A stretch of 64,000 nucleotides of DNA, from the NCBI GenBank assembly GCA_035540555.1, contig DATLGJ010000043.1, positions 36,007 through 100,006 of the forward strand, written 5' to 3'. A model generated the notes under the pieces. That model was not told the DNA's origin, ran no database searches, and saw only the letters and a program-made list of their open reading frames with translations. Position numbers and translations under genes: made by a program. Below are positions 11,647-20,082 of this stretch, in pieces (position 1 is the stretch's first letter; each line of letters starts with the position of its first letter). This stretch comes from Candidatus Limnocylindrales bacterium (GTDB lineage Bacteria; Chloroflexota; Limnocylindria; Limnocylindrales; CSP1-4).

Positions 11647-13899
11647 CTACTCCGCCGGCCAGCCCTCGGCGATGAGGTTGGCGATGAGGCTCGTCCAGCT
11701 CTGTGAATCGGCTCCCAGACCCTGCCCGGTATCCCCGTCGTAGAACTCATGCAGCCGGCCGGTCTGCTGCCAGTCCTCGGACACCATCGTCACCAGTCGG
11801 TGGCGCAGGTCGTGGGCGAAGTAGGGATCGGCCTCGAGAAGGGCGCGCTGGATGAGGTAATTGATCGGCAGCCACACCGGTCCGCGCCAGTTAGAGTTCA
11901 CGCCGCGGTCGCTCAGTCCCGGCTGGTACAGGGCGCTGGAGGCCGACATGCTGCGGATGCCCCCCGGCGCCAGGAACTGGCGCTCGTCGCGCAGGGCCGA
12001 GAGGATGGCCGGCATGCGGTCTGCCGGAACCACACCTGCGATCAGCGGAACAAGCCCGCTGTAGGACTTGTGACGGACGAAACCGCCGTCGGCGGCGCGG
12101 TCATAGTAGAAGTCGGTCTCGGGGTCCCACAGGTGGGTGTTGATCGCATCCTGGATCCTGCCCCGCTCCGCCCAGTAGCGATCGGAGGACTCCACGTCGC
12201 GCAGCTCGCTGGCAATGCGCACCAGGTCCCGCGCAAAGAACGCCATCCAGGCCGACGCGTCAGCCTGGGGCTGGCGCGGTGACCTAGGCAGGTTGTCCAT
12301 GCCCAGGAAACCGCCCGTGAACAGATCCTCACCGACGGTGTGCGTCCGCCACCAGTAGTCGTAATGTGCCTGCAGGGCCGGATAGACGTCCTGCAGGAAG
12401 TCCCGATCTCGGCTGACCTGGTACACCCGCCAGGCCGCCCAGGCGAAGATCGGGGGGCACTCCTCGTCCATCACCCACTCGCCGCAGGGGATGTGCCCGT
12501 CCGGCTGCTGCCAGCGATCGGAGAGGATGAAGCGCAGCTGGTCGGCCGCGATCTCGGGATCGACCAGCGACGCGGTGACGGCGTGGAAGGCGCTGTCCCA
12601 TGAGGCGAGCCAGGGGTATTCCCACTTGTCCGGCATGATCAGCACGTCGCGCGCGTCTACCCGCCCGGCCCACTCGGGATTCACGCCGGTCGTGCCGTCC
12701 CAGCTGTAGTACGACTGGTTCCAGAGCAGGGTCATCAGCGCCTGGCGGTACAGATCCGCGTGCTCGGACACGTCGCCGCTGAACAGCTGGCGAGCCTCCA
12801 GCCGCCTGACCCCGGCGATGGTGCGTGCCTGGCGCATGAGGGCGCGGGTGGCGTCAATCACGGCTGCCTGATCGGGCGGCGCCCCATTGTCGGTCACGAG
12901 CGGTGTCTCGGTCAGCGCGATCCTGACCGACGAGCTCGACTCCGGGGCGATGGTCAACCGGTAGGCCAGCGCGCCGATGTGGCCACCCTGGTCACCGCGC
13001 AGCCCGCCCCCACGCAGGTTGCGGTCGAGCGCATCTTTGGCCGAGGCGATCTGCCAGCTGGCCGGTGCCTCGCCGACCACGGTCAGGCTCGAGTCGGCGC
13101 CATTGAGCTGCAGCCCGTTGGTAACCGGCTCGACCGACGATGCGGGCGCCATCCAGGCCTTGAGCACCACGTGGAGCGTCTGCTCCCGAGCGCTGGTGTT
13201 GGTGACCGTCGCGATCATCACCTGACGCAGCGAGTCGACCTTGGCCTGCTCGAGCTGGATGTCGAAGGCGGGCCGCTCCGGCGGGTAGGTATAGGCCAGC
13301 CGGCTGTACGAGTGCGTGGGGGTGTTCTCGAGAAAGACCCGGTCTTCGAGTATCTGCTCGCCGGCCTCGCCCTGCGGGTTGGTCGCGCCGTTCAACCGCT
13401 CGGTGACGTGCGGCTGCTGGCCGTCCCAGAAGGCCCATGCCACGCGGAACTCGTTGTTGACGTCAGTCAGCCCGGCGATCCCGTCGTCCGAGTGGCGGTA
13501 GTCGGTGTCGATTGCGCCGCGCCATGACAGGCCCCAGCCATCGGCACCCAGCGCCTCCCGCGGCGTGCCCCATTCTCGCTCGGAGAGGTACGTCCCCCAG
13601 CGTCGGTCGAGGTCCTCGACCGGGGTGATGATCGCCTGCGGAGCGCCTGCCGGGCGCGGCTCGAGAGCCACGACGCCCAGCGCGGTGACGGCAAGCAGCA
13701 ACACCCCGACAAGGGCCGCCACGCTGATCCACGTGCGTTGTCGGGGTGACCATCGTGAGCCGAGCGGGACGGTTCGCCTCGGCTGACTGGTGTCGGCCAC
13801 GTCACCAGCGTACCGAAATGGGCCAGGCGGCGTCAGCGAGCTCGCCGGGCGACCGGATCGGGCTATCATCCCTGCGCCGTCACGCTGGGAGGGCCACAT
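11647..13899 (-). CDS. (alpha/alpha)6-barrel glycoside hydrolase, GH63 / MGH1-like, with N-terminal membrane anchor
   Basis: WEYPWLASWDSAFHAVTASLVDPEIAADQLRFIL and DGHIPCGEW are typical of the GH63/mannosylglycerate-hydrolase-like clan. The TM anchor is WISVAALVGVLLLAVTALGVVAL. The start is uncertain (ATG 13899 or 13869, GTG 13800). Confidence 0.75.
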   Translation of the reverse strand: MWPSQRDGAGMIARSGRPASSLTPPGPFRYAGDVADTSQPRRTVPLGSRWSPRQRTWISVAALVGVLLLAVTALGVVALEPRPAGAPQAIITPVEDLDRRWGTYLSEREWGTPREALGADGWGLSWRGAIDTDYRHSDDGIAGLTDVNNEFRVAWAFWDGQQPHVTERLNGATNPQGEAGEQILEDRVFLENTPTHSYSRLAYTYPPERPAFDIQLEQAKVDSLRQVMIATVTNTSAREQTLHVVLKAWMAPASSVEPVTNGLQLNGADSSLTVVGEAPASWQIASAKDALDRNLRGGGLRGDQGGHIGALAYRLTIAPESSSSVRIALTETPLVTDNGAPPDQAAVIDATRALMRQARTIAGVRRLEARQLFSGDVSEHADLYRQALMTLLWNQSYYSWDGTTGVNPEWAGRVDARDVLIMPDKWEYPWLASWDSAFHAVTASLVDPEIAADQLRFILSDRWQQPDGHIPCGEWVMDEECPPIFAWAAWRVYQVSRDRDFLQDVYPALQAHYDYWWRTHTVGEDLFTGGFLGMDNLPRSPRQPQADASAWMAFFARDLVRIASELRDVESSDRYWAERGRIQDAINTHLWDPETDFYYDRAADGGFVRHKSYSGLVPLIAGVVPADRMPAILSALRDERQFLAPGGIRSMSASSALYQPGLSDRGVNSNWRGPVWLPINYLIQRALLEADPYFAHDLRHRLVTMVSEDWQQTGRLHEFYDGDTGQGLGADSQSWTSLIANLIAEGWPAE

Positions 13900-13904
13900 C
13901 GCCG

Positions 13905-14738
13905 TTGAACGACGTCGTCGAGCGCTACCACCTCAATGCACGCGACTACGAGCGTTACTGGGCGCCTGTCCTCGAAGCGACTTCGGCCACCTTGATCGAC
14001 TACGTCGAGTGGTACGCCGGAGGCCCTCCGCCGGGCGAGCTGACCGTGATCGACGTGGGCACCGGGACGGGCACCCTGGCCCGGGCGGCGCTGCAGCGCT
14101 GGCCGGGCGCGACGGTGATCGCGACTGATGCCGCCGAGGGCATGGTCGACGTGGCACGCGGGACGGTCGATGAGTTCGGTCGCCGGGTGACCCTGGTACG
14201 GGGACCAGCCCACCAGCTGCCCCTCGAGGACGCCTGCGCCGACGTGGTCGTTTCCTCCTTCGTGTTCCAGCTGGTGCCTGACCGTCGAGCTGCCCTGCGC
14301 GAAGCGCACCGACTGCTGCGGCCGGGCGGCGTGCTGGCCTACGTCACCTGGCTGGATCGCGACCTGCGCGAGCCGTTTCGGCCAATGGAGGAGTTCGACG
14401 AGGCAGTGCTGGCACTTGGGGTGGAGGAGCCGACGGGCGATGGCGGCGAGCGCTGCGCCGGGGACGTCCCGTCTGCGGCCGCCGCCGCGGTGCAGCTTCG
14501 GCGGGCTGGCTTCCGGGAGGTGGTCGCGCGCGAGGACGAGCTCGACTACCACTGGACGATGGACCAGTACCTCGAGTACAAGCTGGCCTATGACGAGCGG
14601 CCGCTGCTCGGCGCCCTCAGCGAGGAGCAGCGAGCCCGCCTCGAGCAGACGGCGCGCGAGCGCCTGGGGCGTCTGTCAGCGGAGGCCTTCTTCTGGCACC
14701 CGCCGATCGTCTTTGCCGCTGCCCGGCGGCCGGGCTGA
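13905..14738 (+). CDS. class I SAM-dependent methyltransferase
   Basis: SAM motif I VIDVGTGTGTLA; also ATDAAEGMV and VVSSFVFQLVPD. A TTG start at 13905 is preceded by GGGAGGG (13887-13893). The longer ORF from 13746 overlaps the divergent GH63-like gene. Confidence 0.8.
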   Translation: MNDVVERYHLNARDYERYWAPVLEATSATLIDYVEWYAGGPPPGELTVIDVGTGTGTLARAALQRWPGATVIATDAAEGMVDVARGTVDEFGRRVTLVRGPAHQLPLEDACADVVVSSFVFQLVPDRRAALREAHRLLRPGGVLAYVTWLDRDLREPFRPMEEFDEAVLALGVEEPTGDGGERCAGDVPSAAAAAVQLRRAGFREVVAREDELDYHWTMDQYLEYKLAYDERPLLGALSEEQRARLEQTARERLGRLSAEAFFWHPPIVFAAARRPG

Positions 14739-14749
14739 GGACCGTCGGT

Positions 14750-15574
14750 TCAGGCTGCTCGGCTGGGTGAGGCGACGGGCCGGCAGTGACGGCAGGCCCG
14801 GAAGCCGGCCCGATGGGCCTGCTCGACCGTCCTGAAAGCCACTCGGTGGGCGTCCGCGATGCGCCGAGCGTTGCGGCACGACGGGTAGCAGTAGATGCGC
14901 GTCGTGTCCGAGCCGAGATAGCGGATGCCGGCCGCCGGCAGCCGGACCAGCTCCGCCGGGTCCAGTCCCTCGGCGGCCAGGATCGCGCGCTTGGACTCGG
15001 GGCCCCCTGCGCCGTAGTGCCCGATGGTGCCGTCGGCGCGCACCACGCGGTGGCAGGGGATGACGAAGGGGATCGGGTTTCGCGCGAGGGCATTGCCGAC
15101 TGCCCGCACCGCCAGCGGTCGGCCGATCTCGGCCGCCACCCACGAGTACGGTCGTATCTCCCCCCGCGGGATCTCGGCGGTCTTCTCGAGCACCTGCCGC
15201 TCGAAGTCAGGCAGCCAGGCGAGGTCCACGCCGGCGCTGGTCGGCGGACGGCCGCGGCCCCAGACACGCGCCTCGATCAGGCGGGCGATCGCAGGGGTGG
15301 GTTCCGGTACCCGCCGGACCGCTCGACCGAAGGTGCTGTGGAACTCTTCTTCGAACTGGCCAGGGTCGCCCGCTCGCGCTACCAGGGTCACGGCCGGCCG
15401 GCTGTCGAAGGCGACGAAGAGCGGCCCGATTGGGCCGTCGACCAGGGCGTAGCAGTCCCCGGCCTCGCCGATCCGGTCGAGCACGCCGGGCAGCAGGCCG
15501 AGCGGTGCCGGCGTGCGCAGCTCGCGCAGGCGGCGGCCCAGGGCGCGGGCATCAGCGAGCCGGCGGTCGGTCAT
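14750..15574 (-). CDS. methylated-DNA--protein-cysteine methyltransferase (MGMT/Ogt) fused to a C-terminal Ada-type zinc domain
   Basis: There is an MGMT N-domain-like region, then EIPRGEIRPYSWVAAEIGRPLAVRAVGNALARNPIPFVIPCHRVV (active-site Cys174), then TTRIYCYPSCRNARR...AGFRACRHCRP (C229-x3-C233-x27-C261-x2-C264). The ATG at 15574 abuts the sigma gene's TAG. Confidence 0.85.
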   Translation of the reverse strand: MTDRRLADARALGRRLRELRTPAPLGLLPGVLDRIGEAGDCYALVDGPIGPLFVAFDSRPAVTLVARAGDPGQFEEEFHSTFGRAVRRVPEPTPAIARLIEARVWGRGRPPTSAGVDLAWLPDFERQVLEKTAEIPRGEIRPYSWVAAEIGRPLAVRAVGNALARNPIPFVIPCHRVVRADGTIGHYGAGGPESKRAILAAEGLDPAELVRLPAAGIRYLGSDTTRIYCYPSCRNARRIADAHRVAFRTVEQAHRAGFRACRHCRPVASPSRAA

Positions 15575-16171
15575 CTAGACGGCCTGCCTGTGGCGGGGCC
15601 GGGCGGCGCGGCGCTGCTCGGCGTCATAGGCGGCGCGCAGAAGGGCCAGGCCGCGGTGGACGTCGGACTTGACCGTGCCGGCGGGACGCCCGAGCGCCTC
15701 GGCCAGCTCCGAGTACGACAGGCCATCGACGTGGCGCAGCGCGACCGCCAGCCGATAGCGCTCCGGCAGCTCGGACAGCAGCCGCGCCCACATGTCCCGC
15801 TCTTCCCGGCGCTGGGCGAGGCTGAGCGGCTCGTCGGTACTCGGCGCGCTTGGCTCGAAGTCGCCCTCGAGCGTCGTCGACGTACGGTGGGAGCGCAGGC
15901 TGTTGCGCGCCAGGTTGAGCGCGATCCGCGCCAACCAGGGACGCAGGCGGAGCGCGAGGATGCGCTCGCGCGGATAGCTCGACAGGGCCCGGTACGCATT
16001 GACCAACGCGTCCTGCGCAATGTCTTCGGCGGTGGCAGGCTCGCGCAGCACCCGCAGGCACACGCCGAAGACGAGGCCCCCGTACGTCGTCACCACGTCA
16101 CCGAACGCAGCCTGGGGCTGCGCTGCCAGGCGCGCCAGAAGGTCGGCATCAGTGTCGCGCTCCATGCACAC
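15575..16171 (-). CDS. ECF-type RNA polymerase sigma-70 family factor
   Basis: Region 2 is AEDIAQDALVNAYRAL...LRPWLARIALNLARN. Region 4.2 HTH is LSYSELAEALGRPAGTVKSDVHRGLALLR. The start is GTG 16171 or ATG 16165. Confidence 0.9.
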   Translation of the reverse strand: MCMERDTDADLLARLAAQPQAAFGDVVTTYGGLVFGVCLRVLREPATAEDIAQDALVNAYRALSSYPRERILALRLRPWLARIALNLARNSLRSHRTSTTLEGDFEPSAPSTDEPLSLAQRREERDMWARLLSELPERYRLAVALRHVDGLSYSELAEALGRPAGTVKSDVHRGLALLRAAYDAEQRRAARPRHRQAV

Positions 16172-16189
16172 ACCGAGATAACACAGGTG

Positions 16190-16211
16190 GGCCGCGACCG
16201 GTTGCGCGGCC
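16190..16211 (-). terminator. 7-bp GC hairpin between the racemase-family stop and the sigma start (possible terminator/attenuator)
   Basis: ggccgcg-accggttg-cgcggcc: a perfect 7-bp stem with an 8-nt loop and no U-tract. Confidence 0.3.
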
Positions 16212-16217
16212 GGCTGG

Positions 16218-17714
16218 TCAGCCCAGGAGGAAGCCCTCGGCGAGTGGGTCGCGCTCGTCCATGACCAGGGTGCCGTAGCCGGTCAGGAACGCGCGCCCGG
16301 CGATGCTCGTCTCGACCGCCCGCTCCTGCCCCAGCGTCGTCTCGCCTTCCACCCGGCCGACGAAGTGCTCGCCGGTGATCCCCGCATTGACGAGCTCCTG
16401 GCCGGCGCCGATCAGGCCCCGGCCGTAAAGCTGGGCGAGCAGGGCGCTGGTGCCCGAGCCGCATGGCGAGCGATCCAGCTCGGCGTCGGCGAAGATCGTC
16501 GCGTTGCGGACGTGCGCCTCCCTCGCCAGGCCATCGGGCGAGGTGCCCGGCTCGAGGTCGACGATGATCGTTCCGTAGACGAACGCCAGGTCTTCATCGG
16601 TAGGGTGCGACGGCTGGTGATCCCGGCGCAGCAGCTCGGTGATCGCCGCTCCGGCGCGGCGCAGGGCCGACGCCTGGCCGGGTACCACGCGCAGCCCGAG
16701 GTGGGCGGCGTCGACGATGCCGTAATAGGCACCGCCAAAGGCCATGTCGACAGGCAGCGCGCCGATCTCGGCCGCACCCCCGTGCAGCTCCACACCGTCC
16801 GGCCGCAGGGCGATGGACCGCTGGGCGAGGTACGAGGGCACGTTGGTGAAGCGCACCTGGTCAACAAGGTGGCCATGCCCATCCGGCCCGTTCCGCACGA
16901 TCGCCGTCGCCGACACGACGCCGGCCGGCACCTCGTAGCGGATGGTCGTCTCCGGCACGCCGGCGGGATACAGGCCCTCTTCGATGAGCGCGGTGGTGAC
17001 CGCGATAACGCCGTGCCCGCACATCGTGCTGTAGCCGGCGTTGTGCATGAACAGCAGGCAGGCATCCACGTCAGGTCGGTATGGCGGCAGGATGACCGCG
17101 CCGTACATGTCGCGATGCCCGCGCGGCTCGTTGACCACCGCGCGGCGGACATGATCGGCGTGCTCGCTCACCCATCTTCGGCGCTCGAGCACGGGCAGCC
17201 TGGGAACATCGGGGTAACCGGTGCGGATGATTCGGAGCGGCTCGCCGGCGCAGTGCATATCCAGCACCTGGGCGATCAGCCTCTCGTGGCGCCGGCGGGC
17301 GTTGCTGGCCTCCGCTTCCGGCTTCGCCGGCGTCTTCTCGGGCTGCTGGCCTGCCGGCGATCCGGGCCCCTGCCCGTCGGTCAGCGGCGCGTTCTGAAGA
17401 CGCAGCTGGTACACGACCGAAAGCACGTGACCGGCATCGTCCCGGTCCCAGCGATGCGAGACAGGCAGGTAGCCGGCCGCCTGCGCCTGCGCGGCATCGG
17501 CACGGTACGCCGCCGCGGCCACCTCAGGGGTGGGGCCGCGATAGATCCGCGGGACGGGCTGGTCGGTGTCGCGGGGCGGGGCACCCATCTGCCGTTGACT
17601 GATCCTTCCTGGCCTTGCCGTGGTGCGTGGGTCCGTTCGTCGGTCGCGCCAGAAGATGAGACCACGGACCCGATTGGCCGCCAAGTCCCCCGATGGCGAT
17701 GCGCAGTGACCCAA
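16218..17714 (-). CDS. proline racemase / 4-hydroxyproline epimerase family enzyme (Cys/Cys type) with ~150-aa N-terminal extension
   Basis: The core starts at RLIAQVLDMHCAGEPLRII. The catalytic pair is STMCGHG and RSPCGSGTSA. An alternative ATG at 17588 (MGAPPRD) would still leave a ~110-aa extension. Confidence 0.85.
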   Translation of the reverse strand: MGHCASPSGDLAANRVRGLIFWRDRRTDPRTTARPGRISQRQMGAPPRDTDQPVPRIYRGPTPEVAAAAYRADAAQAQAAGYLPVSHRWDRDDAGHVLSVVYQLRLQNAPLTDGQGPGSPAGQQPEKTPAKPEAEASNARRRHERLIAQVLDMHCAGEPLRIIRTGYPDVPRLPVLERRRWVSEHADHVRRAVVNEPRGHRDMYGAVILPPYRPDVDACLLFMHNAGYSTMCGHGVIAVTTALIEEGLYPAGVPETTIRYEVPAGVVSATAIVRNGPDGHGHLVDQVRFTNVPSYLAQRSIALRPDGVELHGGAAEIGALPVDMAFGGAYYGIVDAAHLGLRVVPGQASALRRAGAAITELLRRDHQPSHPTDEDLAFVYGTIIVDLEPGTSPDGLAREAHVRNATIFADAELDRSPCGSGTSALLAQLYGRGLIGAGQELVNAGITGEHFVGRVEGETTLGQERAVETSIAGRAFLTGYGTLVMDERDPLAEGFLLG

Positions 17715-17799
17715 GAGTATCGGCCCGTCCGCCTCGGGTCGACTGTCCGCCCGCCCGGGTTCACTCCGCGCCGGCGAGGCCGAGTGCAGTCTCTTCCGA

Positions 17800-18498
17800 T
17801 CAGTCGCTTCCGACAGCGTCTCGCGCGCCGAGCAGCCGACCGACTCCCGGCTGACCGATCAGCCTCATCAGGCGGCGGGCCGTCGAGGGCGGCAGCCGGC
17901 CCAATGCGCGTGCCGCATCGGCGAGCTCGCCCGGTGGCAGGCCCGCCAGCTGTGTGATCAGGCGCTGCATCGAGCGGTCATCGATCCGATCGAGGACGCG
18001 GAACAGGCGCTCGAGGTCGGTTGCCTCCGTGCCCACTACCGCCCCGATCCCGCGGTTGAACAGCCGGACGAACTCGACCAGTCGATCCAGGCGCTGTCGA
18101 AGTGCGTCCGCGCCAGCTTCGGTCGCTCGCCGTTGGCACTCCTCCAGCAGCGGCATCACGGGATCGGTCTCGCGCTCCTTGCGCGCCAGCGCGACCTGTC
18201 GGAACCACTGCCAGTTGTCGCCGACGGGCACCCAGGCCTTGGCCGCCGGTCCCCGCTGTCCCACCCGTCGTGGCTCGACCTGCTCGATAAGCCCCCAGCT
18301 CTGGCAGTCGGCGAGAGCTAGCAGGGCAGCCCTGTGTGAGAGGCCCAGCGCCATCCTGACCTCAGCCTCGGTGAGTGGACCGCCGTGGGCCAGCAGGTAT
18401 CCCTGCACGGTCGCGGTCGACGGGGCCACGCCCCAAGCCGCACCGATCCTGCCCCAACGGGCGGCGAAGTCGCGCCTGATCTGCTCGGACTCGTCCAC
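17800..18498 (-). CDS. winged-helix transcriptional regulator, MarR/GbsR-like
   Basis: FAARWGRIGAAWGVAPSTATVQGYLLAHGGPLTEAEVRMALGLSHRAALLALADCQSWGLIEQV resembles the GbsR-type wHTH. The GTG start at 18498 has AAGGAA 8 nt upstream. Confidence 0.7.
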   Translation of the reverse strand: MDESEQIRRDFAARWGRIGAAWGVAPSTATVQGYLLAHGGPLTEAEVRMALGLSHRAALLALADCQSWGLIEQVEPRRVGQRGPAAKAWVPVGDNWQWFRQVALARKERETDPVMPLLEECQRRATEAGADALRQRLDRLVEFVRLFNRGIGAVVGTEATDLERLFRVLDRIDDRSMQRLITQLAGLPPGELADAARALGRLPPSTARRLMRLIGQPGVGRLLGARDAVGSD

Positions 18499-18508
18499 AA
18501 CTAGTTCC

Positions 18509-18537
18509 TTGACAGTAGCGGGTTAGCGGCGGATACT
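18509..18537 (+). promoter_or_regulatory. sigma-70-like promoter TTGACA-N17-GATACT with embedded repeats (candidate operator of the divergent MarR/GbsR regulator)
   Basis: TTGACA at 18509-18514, a 17-nt spacer, then GATACT at 18532-18537. The spacer holds TAGCGG-gt-TAGCGG. Inverted arms GTAGC (18515-19) / GCTAC (18539-43) bracket the -10. Confidence 0.4.
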
Positions 18538-18581
18538 GGCTACACGCACTTAACGAGTATCGCACACGCGGGGAGCTTCAA

Positions 18582-19058
18582 TTGGTCGTCGCGGACATCC
18601 TGGTGACCGGCACCGATAGCAGGTTGGGTCGGATGCTCATGGTGGAGCTTCGTGCACGCGGTCACGTCCCGGCGCAGTTGCAGGAAGCGGCCCCGGACGC
18701 TGCGCTAGGACGAGCGCAGGCCGTGGTCAACACCGTGCGCGACACGTCGCTCATGCGCCAGGTCGTGGACGCGCTGGCGCGTCTGCCAGCCGAGCGGCGC
18801 CCGCTAGCGCTCATCGAAGGTTCAGGCGATGGCGCCTGCCGGGCAGCGGCTGCGGCCGCCCAGCGGCTCGGCGTACGCGTCGTCCTGATCGAGACCGAAG
18901 TCGGCCTGCCGGCAGCTCACGTGATCGGCCTGATGGTGCACGCTGTTCGCGCCTGGGACCTGACCGGTCGGGTAGACCGCGGGGCCGCTGAGCGGAGCGG
19001 ATACTTCTCCTGCCACCAAGTCGCCGAGGGCGGGCAACTCGTCGGCGCCAGCCGCTGA
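18582..19058 (+). CDS. hypothetical protein with Rossmann-like N-terminus (short, possibly truncated NAD(P)-binding protein)
   Basis: The TTG start is preceded by GGGGAG 6 nt upstream and by the promoter above. ILVTGTDSRLGRML resembles a degenerate GxxGxxG. At 158 aa it is shorter than typical NmrA/SDR proteins. Confidence 0.45.
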   Translation: MVVADILVTGTDSRLGRMLMVELRARGHVPAQLQEAAPDAALGRAQAVVNTVRDTSLMRQVVDALARLPAERRPLALIEGSGDGACRAAAAAAQRLGVRVVLIETEVGLPAAHVIGLMVHAVRAWDLTGRVDRGAAERSGYFSCHQVAEGGQLVGASR

Positions 19059-19152
19059 CCAATCCCTGATCACACGGACCACTCAACGAGCCTGGGAGCT
19101 GCACGTGAGTGATGCGCAGGCGGTGTGCCTGCGGTAGCGTGCACGGCGCTGC

Positions 19153-20082
19153 ATGCTGGAGATCTTCCGACCTCTCGTCACGGCCCTGGTCGATCACCCG
19201 CGCCTGACGGCGCTTCTGGCCGCGCTGTTCATCGCCGCCTCCGGCGTGATCTATCGCTTTGCCGACGTGACCGCCGACACGGCGACCTTCTTCCGCGCGT
19301 TCTATGGCCTGCCGCTGCTGGCCGCGGTGGCCCTTCTGGAGATGCGCCGCTCGCGGCCGTTATCGATCAAGGCCCGGTTGCTGTCGGTGGTGGCCGGCGC
19401 GTTCTTTGCGCTGGACCTGTTCTTTTGGCACCACGCGATCGATGCGGTAGGCGCCGGCATGGCCACCGTCCTGGGCAACTTGCAGGTGGTCATCGTGGCC
19501 ATCGCCGCCTGGCTCATCTTCGGTGAGCGACCCACGCGCCGGACCCTCGCCGCGCTGCCGATCATCCTGGCCGGGGTTGTCCTGATCGCAGGCGTGATCG
19601 GCGCAGGCACCTACGGCATCGACCCTCCACTGGGCGTCCTGCTGGGGGTCCTGACGGCCATCGCCTATGCCGCGTACCTGCTCATCATTCGTCCGATCAA
19701 CCGCACCCGAACGGCCGAGCCGGTCGCCATCGCCACGGCCTCGACGGCCGGGGTGGCGCTCGCCCTCGGCCTGGGCACCGGGCAGCTGAACCTCATTCCG
19801 AGCTGGCCAGAGCACGGCTGGCTGGTGCTGCTCGGCGTGACCGCGCAGTCGGTGGCATACCTGCTGATCTCCATCTCTTTGCCCAGGCTGCCGGCGGTCA
19901 CCACCTCGATCATCCTTCTGGGACAGCCGGTGGCGGCAATCTTCCTGGCCATGCTGCTGGTCGGCGAGTCACCATCGGTTGCGCAGCTGACCGGCGTGGG
20001 GCTGGTCATCGCCGGCATCGCCATGGCCACATTCCCGCTGGCCCGCCTGCGCCGGCGGGCCATGCCGGTGACGACACCGTGA
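19153..20082 (+). CDS. EamA/DMT-superfamily transporter
   Basis: About 10 hydrophobic spans in two EamA-like halves. 309 aa. Confidence 0.85.
   Translation: MLEIFRPLVTALVDHPRLTALLAALFIAASGVIYRFADVTADTATFFRAFYGLPLLAAVALLEMRRSRPLSIKARLLSVVAGAFFALDLFFWHHAIDAVGAGMATVLGNLQVVIVAIAAWLIFGERPTRRTLAALPIILAGVVLIAGVIGAGTYGIDPPLGVLLGVLTAIAYAAYLLIIRPINRTRTAEPVAIATASTAGVALALGLGTGQLNLIPSWPEHGWLVLLGVTAQSVAYLLISISLPRLPAVTTSIILLGQPVAAIFLAMLLVGESPSVAQLTGVGLVIAGIAMATFPLARLRRRAMPVTTP

Noticed and set aside
16365-17957. A 530-aa plus-strand ORF. Similar long antisense ORFs include 19665..21032(-), 21320..22456(-), 39013..40545(-), 41732..43318(+), 44246..45316(-), 46313..47494(+), 47781..48824(-), 48936..50048(-), 51776..53179(-), 54054..55160(-), 60220..61221(-) and 62176..63405(-).
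   Set aside because: Each lies antisense to a gene with clear family motifs and has Arg/Gly/Pro/Asp-rich low-information sequence. None is supported as coding.
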